A stretch of DNA of 64,000 bases from a virus (IMGVR_UViG_3300035137_000026:64001-128000); one strand, 5' to 3'. Positions 44,838 to 56,060 are shown, numbered from the stretch's first letter. The notes: generated by a model not told the origin, from the letters alone. Program-made: numbers and translations.

Positions 44838-45781
44838 GCGGACGTAAACTACAAGGGTTTTCAATATATATCGAGCTTCCTACACAGGTAGAAGGCACTC
44901 CTGGAGTCCGCAATGTTGTCAATAATTTTGACTATCACGGTGACTTGGTGTCTCTCCGTAGGCTGCATGGTGAAAGTAATGCAAAGTACAAGCAGAGGCT
45001 TATGGATGTCTCGGTGCATCCAGGTGGACCACTATACGAGCAGGTAGTGAGCGGCCTAGCTAGAGATCTAGGATACCTCCGAAAGAATGCTCTTGAGATT
45101 AACATCAAGTATAATAGTGCAGGCGACCCAATAGCGCAGAATCCTCTAGTTGATGTTCTCGCCAATAGAGTTGTTCTCTATAGTGATTGGCGACCAGATG
45201 GCACAGAAGTCATTGACATGGAGATTCGAACCTATCAGTTGGGCGATCCTGGATATTATCTAGATGACCTGGTGGTAGAGATCAATAAGTCGGAGTACTT
45301 TTCGGCTTCGCTAGTGGACGACATCAGACCAAATACTATTACTTCTACTTTGGTTCGAACTAACTCAAGACACATTGTTCCCGAGGCATATATCCGCTCA
45401 GATCAGCTGCAAGTGCTTGATAATCAAAACATTATCGATGGTACTCTGGTCTTCTTTGAGAAGATAATCTTTGAGACAGAAGTAACCGGAACTCCTTCCG
45501 CTGACGGTGAATATGCGGTAAATTACGTATCTGGAGAGATTCAGTCATATCTCCAGCCATCCGGTCAGAGCTATTGCTCATATCAGTATAATGAGTTCCC
45601 ACTGATAGTTGATGCTGTACCAATTCAGGTGTTTGCATTCCAAGATGACGACTTTCAGTATGAGCTGTTCCAGCATGAAACTCTAGATTCCGGTGAGGTT
45701 GTAAATAGCCTGCCCAACGGAGAGGGCTCAGAAATCTATCATCAGCTGTTCACGCAGACTGAAGTATTCTGGGGCGAGTAA
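44834..45781 (+). CDS. Baseplate wedge-associated protein
   Basis: FDYHGDLVSLRRLHGESNAKYKQRL resembles the LD..G....L.R..GE....YR.R motif of wedge proteins. Confidence 0.6.
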   Translation: MSGRKLQGFSIYIELPTQVEGTPGVRNVVNNFDYHGDLVSLRRLHGESNAKYKQRLMDVSVHPGGPLYEQVVSGLARDLGYLRKNALEINIKYNSAGDPIAQNPLVDVLANRVVLYSDWRPDGTEVIDMEIRTYQLGDPGYYLDDLVVEINKSEYFSASLVDDIRPNTITSTLVRTNSRHIVPEAYIRSDQLQVLDNQNIIDGTLVFFEKIIFETEVTGTPSADGEYAVNYVSGEIQSYLQPSGQSYCSYQYNEFPLIVDAVPIQVFAFQDDDFQYELFQHETLDSGEVVNSLPNGEGSEIYHQLFTQTEVFWGE

Positions 45782-45783
45782 TT

Positions 45784-48063
45784 ATGGCAGTAACCAGACC
45801 AAGTATAAATTTTAGTACTAAGCAGACGGTGTATCATCGTGAGAGCATGAAGCCTTATGTTGGCTTCGAGAACATAGATGATATGCCTGATGGATGGCGT
45901 TTTGACATCAAACGCTGGTGTAGTCCTTTCGACCTAAGACTGCCAAAAATGCCTCGTCTATCTGATACCTCTACTCAAGGTGTATCTGAGTCGATATACT
46001 TCAAATCTGGTGTTGGATCTGTAGATGCTGGTGATGTCTACATGAAGAGTATAGACGAGTTGTTCCGTGACCACGAGAGACACTGGATTCCTATTCTCCG
46101 TACAGGCCAGTATTTTCGCTACAAGACGCCATGGTATCTATATGGCGACAACAGTAGAGTACAGTATATTAGCTCAAGTGAGAATCGTGATGGACGCAAT
46201 TATCTAAAATTAGATGAAGAACCTGACATGTCTTCACCTATCTTGGCTTCTTCTTTCCGACGAGTCACTGCGACAAGAACTCCTATGCATGACACTGTCG
46301 TACAGCAGATGTATGAGTTTTCGGGTGTCTATGTAGATGAAGAAGAGCAATCAACTGTTACAGTGATGGGCAATATCAACTGGAATAATGTTGACTATAA
46401 CAAGCGTGAATTCATTGTTGACACCAGTATCGAAGGCACAACCAGACTATTCTTCAATAAAGACTACACTGAGACTGTAGGTGTAGTTCCAACATACTAT
46501 CAGGATTTAGCAGCCTGTGAGGTCCTTGGCTTATCTAATGGTTCTAACTACCAGGTCTATTATCTCAAACGATTCCCAGTGCTTGCAGACAATTCCTTCC
46601 ATTTGTATGTAGCGGACGTCTCTACTTGGGAAGAGTGGACTCGAGTTGATACATGGTTCGAACTGATTAATTCCACAGCTCAGAAGCAATATTTCGTCGA
46701 CAAGGACTTGGGGATTATTTATCTTGGCTCGTCTGTTAATGGCGGATGCCCACCGTTGGGTCGCTATATTGTTTGTAGCTACGATGTAACTCTAAGAGTA
46801 GAGTATGAAGAGTCAGAACGGAAGATGGAAGTTAAGGCCTGGGAGGCAGACACTAGCCCGGTGACACAATATATCAACCAGGGCTTTGTGTGTATTACGC
46901 ATGACCAGCTCGAGGCCGCTATTCTCAAACTTGAGATTGACAAGGCTATGATTCCATTTACTCATGCCCCTCGAGAGTACGGGCCTATCTACGTTGGCTC
47001 TGACTATGGAATCCTTAAGGCTACTGTGACCACAATTGGCGGAACAGTTGTGCCTGGTATTGAGGTTGGCTTCGAGATGACACCATCAACCATCGGATAC
47101 CTGGCCGGGTCAGCAACTTCCACATCTGTGACTAACGGTAGAGGAGAAGCATACACCTCTTACCAGCCACCAGTATCTGCTGATACGCTAGGTTTCTATA
47201 CTGTCACAGTAAGAGCATCTACTAATCCGTACTACCCAAATCACAAAGAACTGATTATCAAAGAGACTGAGACTGGACTAGAAGGCCGAGAAGAAGAAGT
47301 CTATACATTCCAGGTACTTAAGGATGACATTCTGCTGGGATATGCTACTGTTGACGATTGGATTTACTACAATCTGGATGCTCCGTCTTGGGTAGTAGAT
47401 GCGACTACATATGCACAGTGGAAGTCTGAGATAATCATCGACTACGAGTTGGAAGATTGGGCTGGCGTACAGGCAGATGGTACAATTGTAGGAAGAAAGG
47501 TTGTTATCTACAAGCTTGATCCTAGTACTGAAAACTATGATTCTTCGGCTGTACATCCAGCCATAGGCGATATGGGGGCTGTTGTTCCTCTCCGGCCTGA
47601 GCTAGTAGAGAAAATCACGGATAGTGGTGATGATTATTATGGTTATTGGCGAGTTATCTATCCAGAAGATGCTATCGCTGATTGTGATCCCGATGACAAC
47701 AATAACAACATTGGTGGTTACTGGCTGTGCTCAAGCAGAGTAATAACTTTCAAGGCACATTGCTGGAGCCCCTACTATAATCGTATAATATATAGCAATG
47801 ATCTTGTGGTGAGGATTTCACTGCCAGACTACTTGCTTGGCGAATACACAAATGATTATCTGCAGAAAGTCCCATTTGGCTGGAAGCTACCAACGGATAC
47901 AGACAATGTGGCTGCAGGGCTCAATGGAGCCACCTTTATAACTGTGAATCCTCACTCTGGACCATATAAGATTGTAGATCTCGTGAACGAGACCACAAGC
48001 GATGACTGGGCATCGGCTCCATTTAAGAGTATCGGATTCCAGATGTACATCGAAGAATCTTAA
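45784..48063 (+). CDS. Tail/baseplate structural protein with a Big_1-like Ig domain
   Basis: 759 aa. ILKATVTTIGGTVVPGIEVGFE...TSVTNGRGEAYTSY matches the invasin/intimin Big_1 pattern. Confidence 0.6.
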   Translation: MAVTRPSINFSTKQTVYHRESMKPYVGFENIDDMPDGWRFDIKRWCSPFDLRLPKMPRLSDTSTQGVSESIYFKSGVGSVDAGDVYMKSIDELFRDHERHWIPILRTGQYFRYKTPWYLYGDNSRVQYISSSENRDGRNYLKLDEEPDMSSPILASSFRRVTATRTPMHDTVVQQMYEFSGVYVDEEEQSTVTVMGNINWNNVDYNKREFIVDTSIEGTTRLFFNKDYTETVGVVPTYYQDLAACEVLGLSNGSNYQVYYLKRFPVLADNSFHLYVADVSTWEEWTRVDTWFELINSTAQKQYFVDKDLGIIYLGSSVNGGCPPLGRYIVCSYDVTLRVEYEESERKMEVKAWEADTSPVTQYINQGFVCITHDQLEAAILKLEIDKAMIPFTHAPREYGPIYVGSDYGILKATVTTIGGTVVPGIEVGFEMTPSTIGYLAGSATSTSVTNGRGEAYTSYQPPVSADTLGFYTVTVRASTNPYYPNHKELIIKETETGLEGREEEVYTFQVLKDDILLGYATVDDWIYYNLDAPSWVVDATTYAQWKSEIIIDYELEDWAGVQADGTIVGRKVVIYKLDPSTENYDSSAVHPAIGDMGAVVPLRPELVEKITDSGDDYYGYWRVIYPEDAIADCDPDDNNNNIGGYWLCSSRVITFKAHCWSPYYNRIIYSNDLVVRISLPDYLLGEYTNDYLQKVPFGWKLPTDTDNVAAGLNGATFITVNPHSGPYKIVDLVNETTSDDWASAPFKSIGFQMYIEES

Positions 48064-48072
48064 GGAGGCACT

Positions 48073-51000
48073 ATGGCCAACACAATTGATCAGATGCAGG
48101 ACGTCTTTCCTGTTTCCTTTGAGTTTGTAAAGGGTGAGCAGCCTTCGGCTACTAAGCTAACTGGCTGGGTCAAGCAAACCAATACTGCTTTTGCTAGAAT
48201 GACCAAGGCTGTCGGTGACCCTTGGGAATATACGGCACACAGCGGAACAAGCGGAATTTACTTTCTGAGTCCTGACAGACTAGCACAGGCTAGTCTTGCT
48301 CGATTCATGGGTCCGTCAGACTATACTTCTCCTCGAGGCGCATCATTCCAGGAGCCTATCAGTACAGCCTTAGAAGTAAGGTTGCCATCCTATCGGAATA
48401 CGTGGAATCTAGGCTACCCACTTGTCAAACTTACCAGTGATCATCTACCTAGTGATGCTGGTATGGATAAAGTAGAGAAGCTGAACTGGAGTTCTGACGT
48501 TACATATATTAGCGGACCAGTGTCGTATTTTGATACCGAGGTGGCGTCTGCTGACCTTGTAACAGAATATGGTGAGTTCTATGTTGACTACTACACAGGA
48601 ACTATTACAGCCTACACCACAGCAACATCTGAAATAATACTGCAGATTGATAACCTTCATATGTTTGGTCCTGGCCCGGCGTGGGGCACATCCAACATAA
48701 TTCCCCACTGGAATGATGACGCAACTCTCTGTTGGGTAACAATCAATAGTACATCTGGCGGCACTACGCTCTATGATGTGGCCCTGCCACAAGTACAGAG
48801 TACATCTCGGGATACAGATCCAGATGCAGCTCTGCTTGGAGCAGTGTACCATCCAGATATAGCTATTGCTTCTGTCGTACAGTGGAATGCTACGGTATCA
48901 GGAGCTACGGCATATTATAGACTGCCAGTATCACTGACCAACAACTTGACTGCTGGCGACCAAATTCCAGATGGCTTTATGTATGTCTGGGACGAGTCTA
49001 CTGGGCGCATTGTTCCACAGACAGAATTCTTCTATGTAGACGAGCATAATGTTCAGGTACAAACGCCAGAAGGTTGGCTAACCGAGGGTGGCTCGATTAG
49101 ACTTATTGTTACAGGCACAAGTCTGGCAGAAGCGGTTCACCACCTGATGATGGTACAGCGTGAAGGTCGCCATGCGGGCCTCTCAACTGGCCAGCACCAG
49201 GACACTCTGCACTATATGGTTCCTATCTCCCATGATGAGATCGTAGACTCCTTCAGCGGCCCGATTGGTAGTACAATAACAGAGCCCACGAAGTTCTATT
49301 TCCGTGAGTCAACTGCTCCTGTTAATCCACATCCACAGTATATCCATAGAGCTGGATATCTTGATGATGATGAAGAGGGTAACTCTGCTAATGCTATGAG
49401 AGGGTGGCTTGCTTTTGCGGGCCGCTATGACATTGACAGCGCCTATACGATTGGTGCAGGTACTGCTAGTGGCACTATGGGTGCTACCTATGGTCTTATC
49501 TTTGGCGGTGGAACCATAACCACATCTTCCCAGAATGCTCGACTCGCCTGGGAGGGTGGAGAGAATGTGGACACATGGAGTGGTTCTGGAGACACAGCAA
49601 AGAAACTAGGTTTCGGCATAGACGAGCTTGGTGCTCAACGTGTGGGCAGCGAGCGATTCGGCGCTCTTACTTATACCCCATGGTATGGAATGCCTCTGTA
49701 TCTTAGAGGTCAGGTAGATACAGTATTGGTAGAAGCAGTGGGTGCAGTACTAGGCTTTGACTTCGGCGACTGGGGTGAGATGAACTACATCAAACTCACC
49801 AAAGCATTCCGAAGTGGGAGCTGGGACATGCCCAACCAGGCATGCTGGATTGAACAAGCCACAACATCAGCATTGTCGATTACACCAGGTCTTATCGGTG
49901 GAACAACAAGCAACCGTCTGGCAGCTGAACAAATTCGTGAGTTCAGATTCCGAGCCGGTTCATACAATCCAGACACCAGAAATGCAAATGATGGTCTTGG
50001 AAACACAACACAGCCACTGACATTTGATTCGAGTCTCTCTCATGACGCTATTGAAGCAAATGGTGCTAGTAAGTATTTCGTTGTAGATGGAGAATGCGCC
50101 TCAGATTTCCGTGTTGGCGATACAATTACGTGTGCTGGATTTAGCAATAGCGGCAACAATGATGACTTCACAATTACGGCAGTTTCTCAGATCGGCGGGA
50201 ATACACATGTTAGCGTATCAGAGTCTGTAGTTACAGAGCCTTCTCCAACCAGTGCAACGGTGACGTCATCTACAAACGAATTCAATCCCTATTTCACATC
50301 ACCCGGCATGGTTGGAGCTGACTTCTTTAATGTTTATAGCAATGCTATCTTCTTCTCTGATACTGGCGATGGCAAGACCACGTCGTTTACCGACCGTGGT
50401 AACCTTTGGATGAATACTGGAAGTTCTGATAGTATGCCGTCTGGTATCTACTACGTCCCACAAGCCACTCAGGGTCCAGCCATGGCTCTGTCGCTGTATG
50501 ACTCATCCCTAAGTGCCAGCAGCCAGCCATTGTATGTTGGTGACAGATATGGTTTCTGGTATATTTCCGAGGAAGATGGTCCAGTAGGGCTCATAACTAC
50601 AGATTCAGTGTTGATTTCATCTGGACATGATACTGGAAACCTAGCAACCATAGTGAGTAATATCAGAACCTATGGTGATTCTGGACAATTAGGAATCGCT
50701 GCTGGTGACTATGCAGCAGTTCAGGCATCTTACGGATTGGCTGGCTCGTCTATGGGGCTACAGCTCTATGCAAGCGATGACTATCCAGACATTAGAATAA
50801 CTTCATGGCATGGCGATATAGCCATTAGGACATATACATCAGGCTATATTGCTATCGATTCAACCGAATATCTCACAATAGATGCCAATGACGACATAAA
50901 CATCAATGCAGATAATATCTATCTGGATGCAAAAAGCTACATCTTCCTGGATGCTCCAGGCATCAATGTAACCTCAGAGGACTACAGCGTAACTATTAAC

Positions 51001-51663
51001 ACAAATCTAGATTTCATTGTGAACTGTGGAGACGAGATTGAAATGGAAGCCGATGGCACAGGCGACAATTGGCTCGAGGCAACCAACGGCAATCTCTACC
51101 TCCGATCTGGAACAAGTTTTAATTCAAATGCTGTATTGGGACTGCAAGCAACCGGTCGAGCCTATATCTTGGCAGATGAAATTGAGCTATTAACGAATAC
51201 TACCGGTAGTGGGGATATTGCGATTAAGAATCGGCATGGTGGGAATATCGAATTGTATTGCTCTGGTTCAGGCGAGGTACAGTCAGCTACTATCTATGGT
51301 GAAGTGGCCGCATCTCCAAGGCGAGCAGTATATGTTAGCGATAGCTCAAGTAACTATACTGTAGCCACAACATCGTCCAGCAAGAAATACAAGACTGATA
51401 TCTCTAGCCTAGAAGAGCCACCTACTTGGTTATATGATTTGAATCCAGTAAGCTTCCGGTTCAAGAAGAATAAGAAGTACCTCGAGTGGGGCTTGATTGC
51501 AGAAGAAGTACATGAGGTATTGAAAGCTGCTGAGGTTTCAGATAACGCTATGGTGTTGTATGAAGATGGAAAACCAGATGGTATTCTGTATGATCAGCTA
51601 ATTCCACTTCTTCTAAGTGCAGTGAAAGATCTCAAAACTCGCCTGGATAAACTAGAGGGATAA
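48073..51663 (+). CDS. Tail fibre/spike protein with C-terminal peptidase S74 intramolecular chaperone
   Basis: 1196 aa with SD AAGGAGG. N-terminal FVKGEQPSATKL, internal PHPQY, beta-helix-like repeats, and C-terminal SSKKYKTDI..LYDLNPVSF..WGLIAEEV..LYDQLIPLLLSAVKDL. Confidence 0.85.
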   Translation: MANTIDQMQDVFPVSFEFVKGEQPSATKLTGWVKQTNTAFARMTKAVGDPWEYTAHSGTSGIYFLSPDRLAQASLARFMGPSDYTSPRGASFQEPISTALEVRLPSYRNTWNLGYPLVKLTSDHLPSDAGMDKVEKLNWSSDVTYISGPVSYFDTEVASADLVTEYGEFYVDYYTGTITAYTTATSEIILQIDNLHMFGPGPAWGTSNIIPHWNDDATLCWVTINSTSGGTTLYDVALPQVQSTSRDTDPDAALLGAVYHPDIAIASVVQWNATVSGATAYYRLPVSLTNNLTAGDQIPDGFMYVWDESTGRIVPQTEFFYVDEHNVQVQTPEGWLTEGGSIRLIVTGTSLAEAVHHLMMVQREGRHAGLSTGQHQDTLHYMVPISHDEIVDSFSGPIGSTITEPTKFYFRESTAPVNPHPQYIHRAGYLDDDEEGNSANAMRGWLAFAGRYDIDSAYTIGAGTASGTMGATYGLIFGGGTITTSSQNARLAWEGGENVDTWSGSGDTAKKLGFGIDELGAQRVGSERFGALTYTPWYGMPLYLRGQVDTVLVEAVGAVLGFDFGDWGEMNYIKLTKAFRSGSWDMPNQACWIEQATTSALSITPGLIGGTTSNRLAAEQIREFRFRAGSYNPDTRNANDGLGNTTQPLTFDSSLSHDAIEANGASKYFVVDGECASDFRVGDTITCAGFSNSGNNDDFTITAVSQIGGNTHVSVSESVVTEPSPTSATVTSSTNEFNPYFTSPGMVGADFFNVYSNAIFFSDTGDGKTTSFTDRGNLWMNTGSSDSMPSGIYYVPQATQGPAMALSLYDSSLSASSQPLYVGDRYGFWYISEEDGPVGLITTDSVLISSGHDTGNLATIVSNIRTYGDSGQLGIAAGDYAAVQASYGLAGSSMGLQLYASDDYPDIRITSWHGDIAIRTYTSGYIAIDSTEYLTIDANDDININADNIYLDAKSYIFLDAPGINVTSEDYSVTINTNLDFIVNCGDEIEMEADGTGDNWLEATNGNLYLRSGTSFNSNAVLGLQATGRAYILADEIELLTNTTGSGDIAIKNRHGGNIELYCSGSGEVQSATIYGEVAASPRRAVYVSDSSSNYTVATTSSSKKYKTDISSLEEPPTWLYDLNPVSFRFKKNKKYLEWGLIAEEVHEVLKAAEVSDNAMVLYEDGKPDGILYDQLIPLLLSAVKDLKTRLDKLEG

Positions 51664-51664
51664 T

Positions 51665-53908
51665 ATGACAGCTTTTAGTGGACAGCAACATTTCCAGGTT
51701 CGCATCACCAGTGTGGGTGGCAACGATTTCGATGCTAGCACCAAGCAGAATGTGAAGAAGCGTGTGGAGAAGATTCTCTACTTAGAAAATCCTCCGGATG
51801 ACGCAGTCCGTCTGACCTATGTCGGATCTAAGGAGCTATCGCCTGCAAACAATCTGTTCATTGGTGACCGTAGCGATAGCCTTTATGCCAACTCCCGTAC
51901 TGGCCGTATTCAAGAATTTGTTGGTGATGTTTCGCCTATTACTGTGAAGAACACAAACTTTATTGTCACTCAGATGTTCAATGAGGCTGACTCTGGTTCT
52001 ATCCCATTGTACTTCAAGCATATATTGCCGTTAGCCATAGTGGCTGAGTCGGTGCGCATCTACGACCAGGATTTTAATGAAGTCAGCACTGACAAACACA
52101 AGCTTCAACTTCAGGCTGTATATGATGAGGACACCGGCTATCCGACAGATGAATATACAGAGTATCATCTATACAATAACCTTAAAAGTTCCTATAATGA
52201 AAGCACAGGTGAATACGTAGTCTATTTTGTCCAGTATACAGATACCTCCGGTACCACCGACGTTACTGTTACGGAGCTGTTAAGCAATGAGCTGGCATAT
52301 ACAGAAGCAACATTTGAAGACATTTGGTATGCGACCCTCGAGTTAAAGCCTTGGGTTAAGGCATACCAGTGGGATCCAATTACTTTGTCAATTAAGATGC
52401 CGGCTTCTGGCGAGTATGCAGTTCAATATCAGGAGAGTAAAAGGATCAGTGTTAAAGATCCTGTGGCTCTAGATGACATTCATCCGTGGTTCCCTCGAGT
52501 TGTGAATGGGCAACTGGTTACAGGATACGATGGTTTGGCACTCAACTATTCAATTCCTGAGTTTGAGAATCAGGCATTCAATCCTCTTGAGCCATACAAG
52601 GTTGCAGTCCGAGTTGGTTGTGTGAAGATAGATGACCATCTTGTAAAGCTCCCACATGAAGACCTACAGAGTGGCTCGCTATTCTCGTACTTCTACTTAC
52701 TATTTGAGAGTGAAGAGGGTGTCATAGTCTATGCTGTGACTAATGATCCATATATGGCTGGTACAGAATACCGAGACTTTGACAATAATACAGTGCTCGA
52801 TGATAACGGTGATGAAATCCTGTGGGCATCTGATACACTATTAGGACTAGATAGCATGAGCGGAATTGCTCATGTTAGCTTTGAGATCAGTGACTCGTAT
52901 GATGTCTGGGCCACATATTCATACAAGGAATACCAGTATGAGGTGACAAGTCTCAACATGAATCCTGTCTTTGATGGAGACGCCGCCAAGGAACTAAGAT
53001 CCGTATACTTGGTTCCGGAGTCTTTGGCTAACTCAAACCTAGGCTTACAAACACAGGGTATCCACTGGATAAAGACTAGCCCCTCTGGTCTTATTACAGG
53101 TATCAGTCAGAACGGAGATGGAGGCAACGAGAATATTGCTTTTGATGCTGAGCTTAAGACCGCAGCTGGCTATGGATTAAATGGCGTATTAGACATGCAT
53201 TATAGCTGGCGGGCAACAACCATGACAGCTTCCTCACAGGAAGTCATTGATGGCCAGCATATAAACGTTTCATCTACTAACAGCTTTCCATACAAGGGCT
53301 GGATCCGCTTCTTGGACGGAAGCGGATATTATAGATATGCACGGTTTGTAGAAAAAACAGATACTTCTCTAATACTGTCCTCAGATGAGAACCAGGTGGC
53401 CTACGAGTCCAGCGGGCTTGTCATAGCAGGGAATACCACAATAGAACTAGTCAATTTCTTGGATGAGCGCACAACGCTAAGCACTCGCACTACAGATGAG
53501 ACAAATCATATCCCTAGTGGATATCCACCATCGTACTCGAAATACTTTATGCTTGCAGAGCTATCCATTAATCCACCACACAGCCAAAAGGATGCTGTTG
53601 TGATTGATGTCAGAGAGAATGGCGGTGGCGTAGATAAAGGCAAATATGAGGATGCTAAAGGCCTAAACCCACAGGTTCAGTGGCTCTCAGACTTTGGAGA
53701 CTATGATGGCCAGGTCTATCCTGGCAATTCAGTGCTAGTTATTAAGCTGCCGATTAAACTGTTGGACACCTATACAGAGAATCAGCTATATGATATTGTT
53801 TTGCAGAACATTCCATTTGGTGTAAAGCCACTTATCAGATATTACGGCTATAAGCCAAACATCTTGTACGTAGGCCCAGAAGAATCAGAAGGAGCCGTAA
53901 TGGGTTAG
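51665..53908 (+). CDS. Tail/baseplate structural protein (unknown)
   Basis: 747 aa, Tyr/Asp-rich, within the fibre cluster. Confidence 0.65.
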   Translation: MTAFSGQQHFQVRITSVGGNDFDASTKQNVKKRVEKILYLENPPDDAVRLTYVGSKELSPANNLFIGDRSDSLYANSRTGRIQEFVGDVSPITVKNTNFIVTQMFNEADSGSIPLYFKHILPLAIVAESVRIYDQDFNEVSTDKHKLQLQAVYDEDTGYPTDEYTEYHLYNNLKSSYNESTGEYVVYFVQYTDTSGTTDVTVTELLSNELAYTEATFEDIWYATLELKPWVKAYQWDPITLSIKMPASGEYAVQYQESKRISVKDPVALDDIHPWFPRVVNGQLVTGYDGLALNYSIPEFENQAFNPLEPYKVAVRVGCVKIDDHLVKLPHEDLQSGSLFSYFYLLFESEEGVIVYAVTNDPYMAGTEYRDFDNNTVLDDNGDEILWASDTLLGLDSMSGIAHVSFEISDSYDVWATYSYKEYQYEVTSLNMNPVFDGDAAKELRSVYLVPESLANSNLGLQTQGIHWIKTSPSGLITGISQNGDGGNENIAFDAELKTAAGYGLNGVLDMHYSWRATTMTASSQEVIDGQHINVSSTNSFPYKGWIRFLDGSGYYRYARFVEKTDTSLILSSDENQVAYESSGLVIAGNTTIELVNFLDERTTLSTRTTDETNHIPSGYPPSYSKYFMLAELSINPPHSQKDAVVIDVRENGGGVDKGKYEDAKGLNPQVQWLSDFGDYDGQVYPGNSVLVIKLPIKLLDTYTENQLYDIVLQNIPFGVKPLIRYYGYKPNILYVGPEESEGAVMG

Positions 53909-53946
53909 CGTTTGGATTGACTGTGTTCTTACTTAAGGAGTAGACC

Positions 53947-54453
53947 GTGGCCAGAATGATAGTAAGATGGGACAAGATGGGTCCTGAATTTACGTACATG
54001 GTATGGTATGCCAAGCAACCAAAGGGTCCGTGGATTCGTCACAACGAGATTCGTTTAACAGACGAGATTGTGGATTATCTGCGTGGTTTTGATATTGATA
54101 CCGGCGAGTATTACGAAACCTTTAGCTATAATGAGTACTACATCGATGGCCTAGATGAACAGACTAACTATTCTGTGAAGGTGACCTGCCACGATAGGTA
54201 CGATGCTTGGTGGTACAGTCAGACAGATTACGATAGCGTTGGTGGTGGCATGAGAAGTGCTTATTCTATGCCTAGCCCAGATGGTGGTAATAGACTTGGT
54301 TTTCAGTTTTATGTTGACCTGCCAGTCCTTGGAGCTTTCTTTGTCTTAGTCGGATCAAATGCTCCTTCTGTCGGTCCAACATCGTGGCGATATGACGCCG
54401 ATACCGACATGTGGATTCAAACAGCAATACCACAGATAGACATTCCTAAATAA
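53947..54453 (+). CDS. Fibronectin type III-like domain protein
   Basis: GTG start with SD AAGGAG. FN3 signatures W...Y.VWY and YYIDGLDEQTNYSVKV. Confidence 0.6.
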   Translation: MARMIVRWDKMGPEFTYMVWYAKQPKGPWIRHNEIRLTDEIVDYLRGFDIDTGEYYETFSYNEYYIDGLDEQTNYSVKVTCHDRYDAWWYSQTDYDSVGGGMRSAYSMPSPDGGNRLGFQFYVDLPVLGAFFVLVGSNAPSVGPTSWRYDADTDMWIQTAIPQIDIPK

Positions 54454-54464
54454 AGGGGTTCATA

Positions 54465-55523
54465 ATGGGCAGCACTCTTGATAACGTAGTCCGGGCGACA
54501 ATAAAGACTCATGACGATATTATACTAGCGGGTCATGGCAGGGTAACACCTACTAGGATTGCATATATTGCTCGGTCAAATGATTTCGGACAAACCTGGA
54601 CCACACCGTGGTATGAAAGCATCGCTAACGCTGAGTGGCCGTTAGGTTTTGGTATTAGCACAGACGACGAACATCTATATTACTTTGGCCGCATGAGCGA
54701 CATGTTGTATAGCTGGTATAAGACTAGTGACGATTCATCCGGGAATGTTGTGGCGCACTCTTATCCTGCATGGAGATATGATACCTATCTAGAAGGCGTC
54801 ACAAAGATTGGCGGATATTACTATGCTGGGATGACACCCGACGTGAATGGTTCGATTTCAGGCTTAGACATCGGTTGCTCAAGTGATGGCATCAATTGGT
54901 CTACTGCCATGGAATGGCACAACGACCGTGTTTACAGAGAATACTGGTGGCCATGGACTCAGTTCAAATATCATTCAGGAACTGACACACTGTGGGCTTA
55001 TAACTGGCAGTACAATGTAGACCATACAACCAAATCAGCTATTGTATACAATCCAACGCCTAGAACCAATCCAACCAATTGGATTGATTGGACGTTTGAT
55101 ACAGAGTACTTTAGTGGTTTGCGACCGTATCAAGTTTTTAGTTTAATGCTGAATGAGAATACAGGCCAGCCCCAGTCGTTTTGTGCCAGAGCAGATGTTG
55201 CAGGAGAAGGGGTTCCTCAGCGTCAATGTGTCTTTGGACTGCTGGACAATGGAACATATGATGTTTGGCACCAGAGTACGCAATACACCATTGTCGCAGA
55301 ATGGGATCATCGCAACAACACAATACTTAGGCCAGAGGTTCGCAAAATGTATTGCTTGGCCTGGCATAGCGGAGGCAAGTACATGGCTCAAGAAAGTGAA
55401 GCCACGCAAAATTTCAATGGATATGATATAAAAATGTTAGAACTGCTTACTACACCAGTTCCGACGACAGATGTGTATCCCGTACCATTGTGGGGATACT
55501 ACACTCCAGAAGAAGGACGATAG
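54465..55523 (+). CDS. Asp-box (BNR) beta-propeller-like protein, possible receptor-binding
   Basis: Asp-box motifs RSNDFGQTW and CSSDGINW; Trp/Tyr-rich. Confidence 0.6.
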   Translation: MGSTLDNVVRATIKTHDDIILAGHGRVTPTRIAYIARSNDFGQTWTTPWYESIANAEWPLGFGISTDDEHLYYFGRMSDMLYSWYKTSDDSSGNVVAHSYPAWRYDTYLEGVTKIGGYYYAGMTPDVNGSISGLDIGCSSDGINWSTAMEWHNDRVYREYWWPWTQFKYHSGTDTLWAYNWQYNVDHTTKSAIVYNPTPRTNPTNWIDWTFDTEYFSGLRPYQVFSLMLNENTGQPQSFCARADVAGEGVPQRQCVFGLLDNGTYDVWHQSTQYTIVAEWDHRNNTILRPEVRKMYCLAWHSGGKYMAQESEATQNFNGYDIKMLELLTTPVPTTDVYPVPLWGYYTPEEGR

Positions 55524-55532
55524 GAGAGACAA

Positions 55533-56060
55533 ATGACTGTAAATATTACATTTTCCAACGTGTCTGGTGGAGACTCCCTGTCCGACACAGTGGACCTGGG
55601 TTCTGTAGAGCCTGGAAACGAGTCTTCCTGGCAAGACATCTTCATTCGCCATGATGCTGTGGTTAATGAGATTACAGATTGTGCCTGGTATCTCCAGCGA
55701 TATGTAGGCTCTAGCTATCTTGGCGAGAATGAAGATGATGACTTAACAGAGCTGATGTCATGGGGAGACGCTGCTACTGGTGGATTCATTATCAATCAGG
55801 TAATCCCACCTAGCTGGACATACGGCGAACAGTTTAACACTGGCGATGATCAGCTGATCAAGAATGGATATGGTGATATCAACAACCAGTTGATTCTAGA
55901 TGAGGACGCAATAAACATCGGTACGCCAGCTGGAGATGGAGTAATTCCTGTGGCCGGCGAGGCACATATCCAGGCCCGCTTCAAAGTTCCTAGCTCGGTA
56001 CCTAATGGTGCTGGTTATAGAGCCGCCACACTAGTCTTCTCGTACTCAGCTACATCCTAG
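55533..56060 (+). CDS. Hypothetical structural protein
   Basis: 175 aa; SD AGGAG overlaps the previous stop; acidic and beta-rich. Confidence 0.7.
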   Translation: MTVNITFSNVSGGDSLSDTVDLGSVEPGNESSWQDIFIRHDAVVNEITDCAWYLQRYVGSSYLGENEDDDLTELMSWGDAATGGFIINQVIPPSWTYGEQFNTGDDQLIKNGYGDINNQLILDEDAINIGTPAGDGVIPVAGEAHIQARFKVPSSVPNGAGYRAATLVFSYSATS

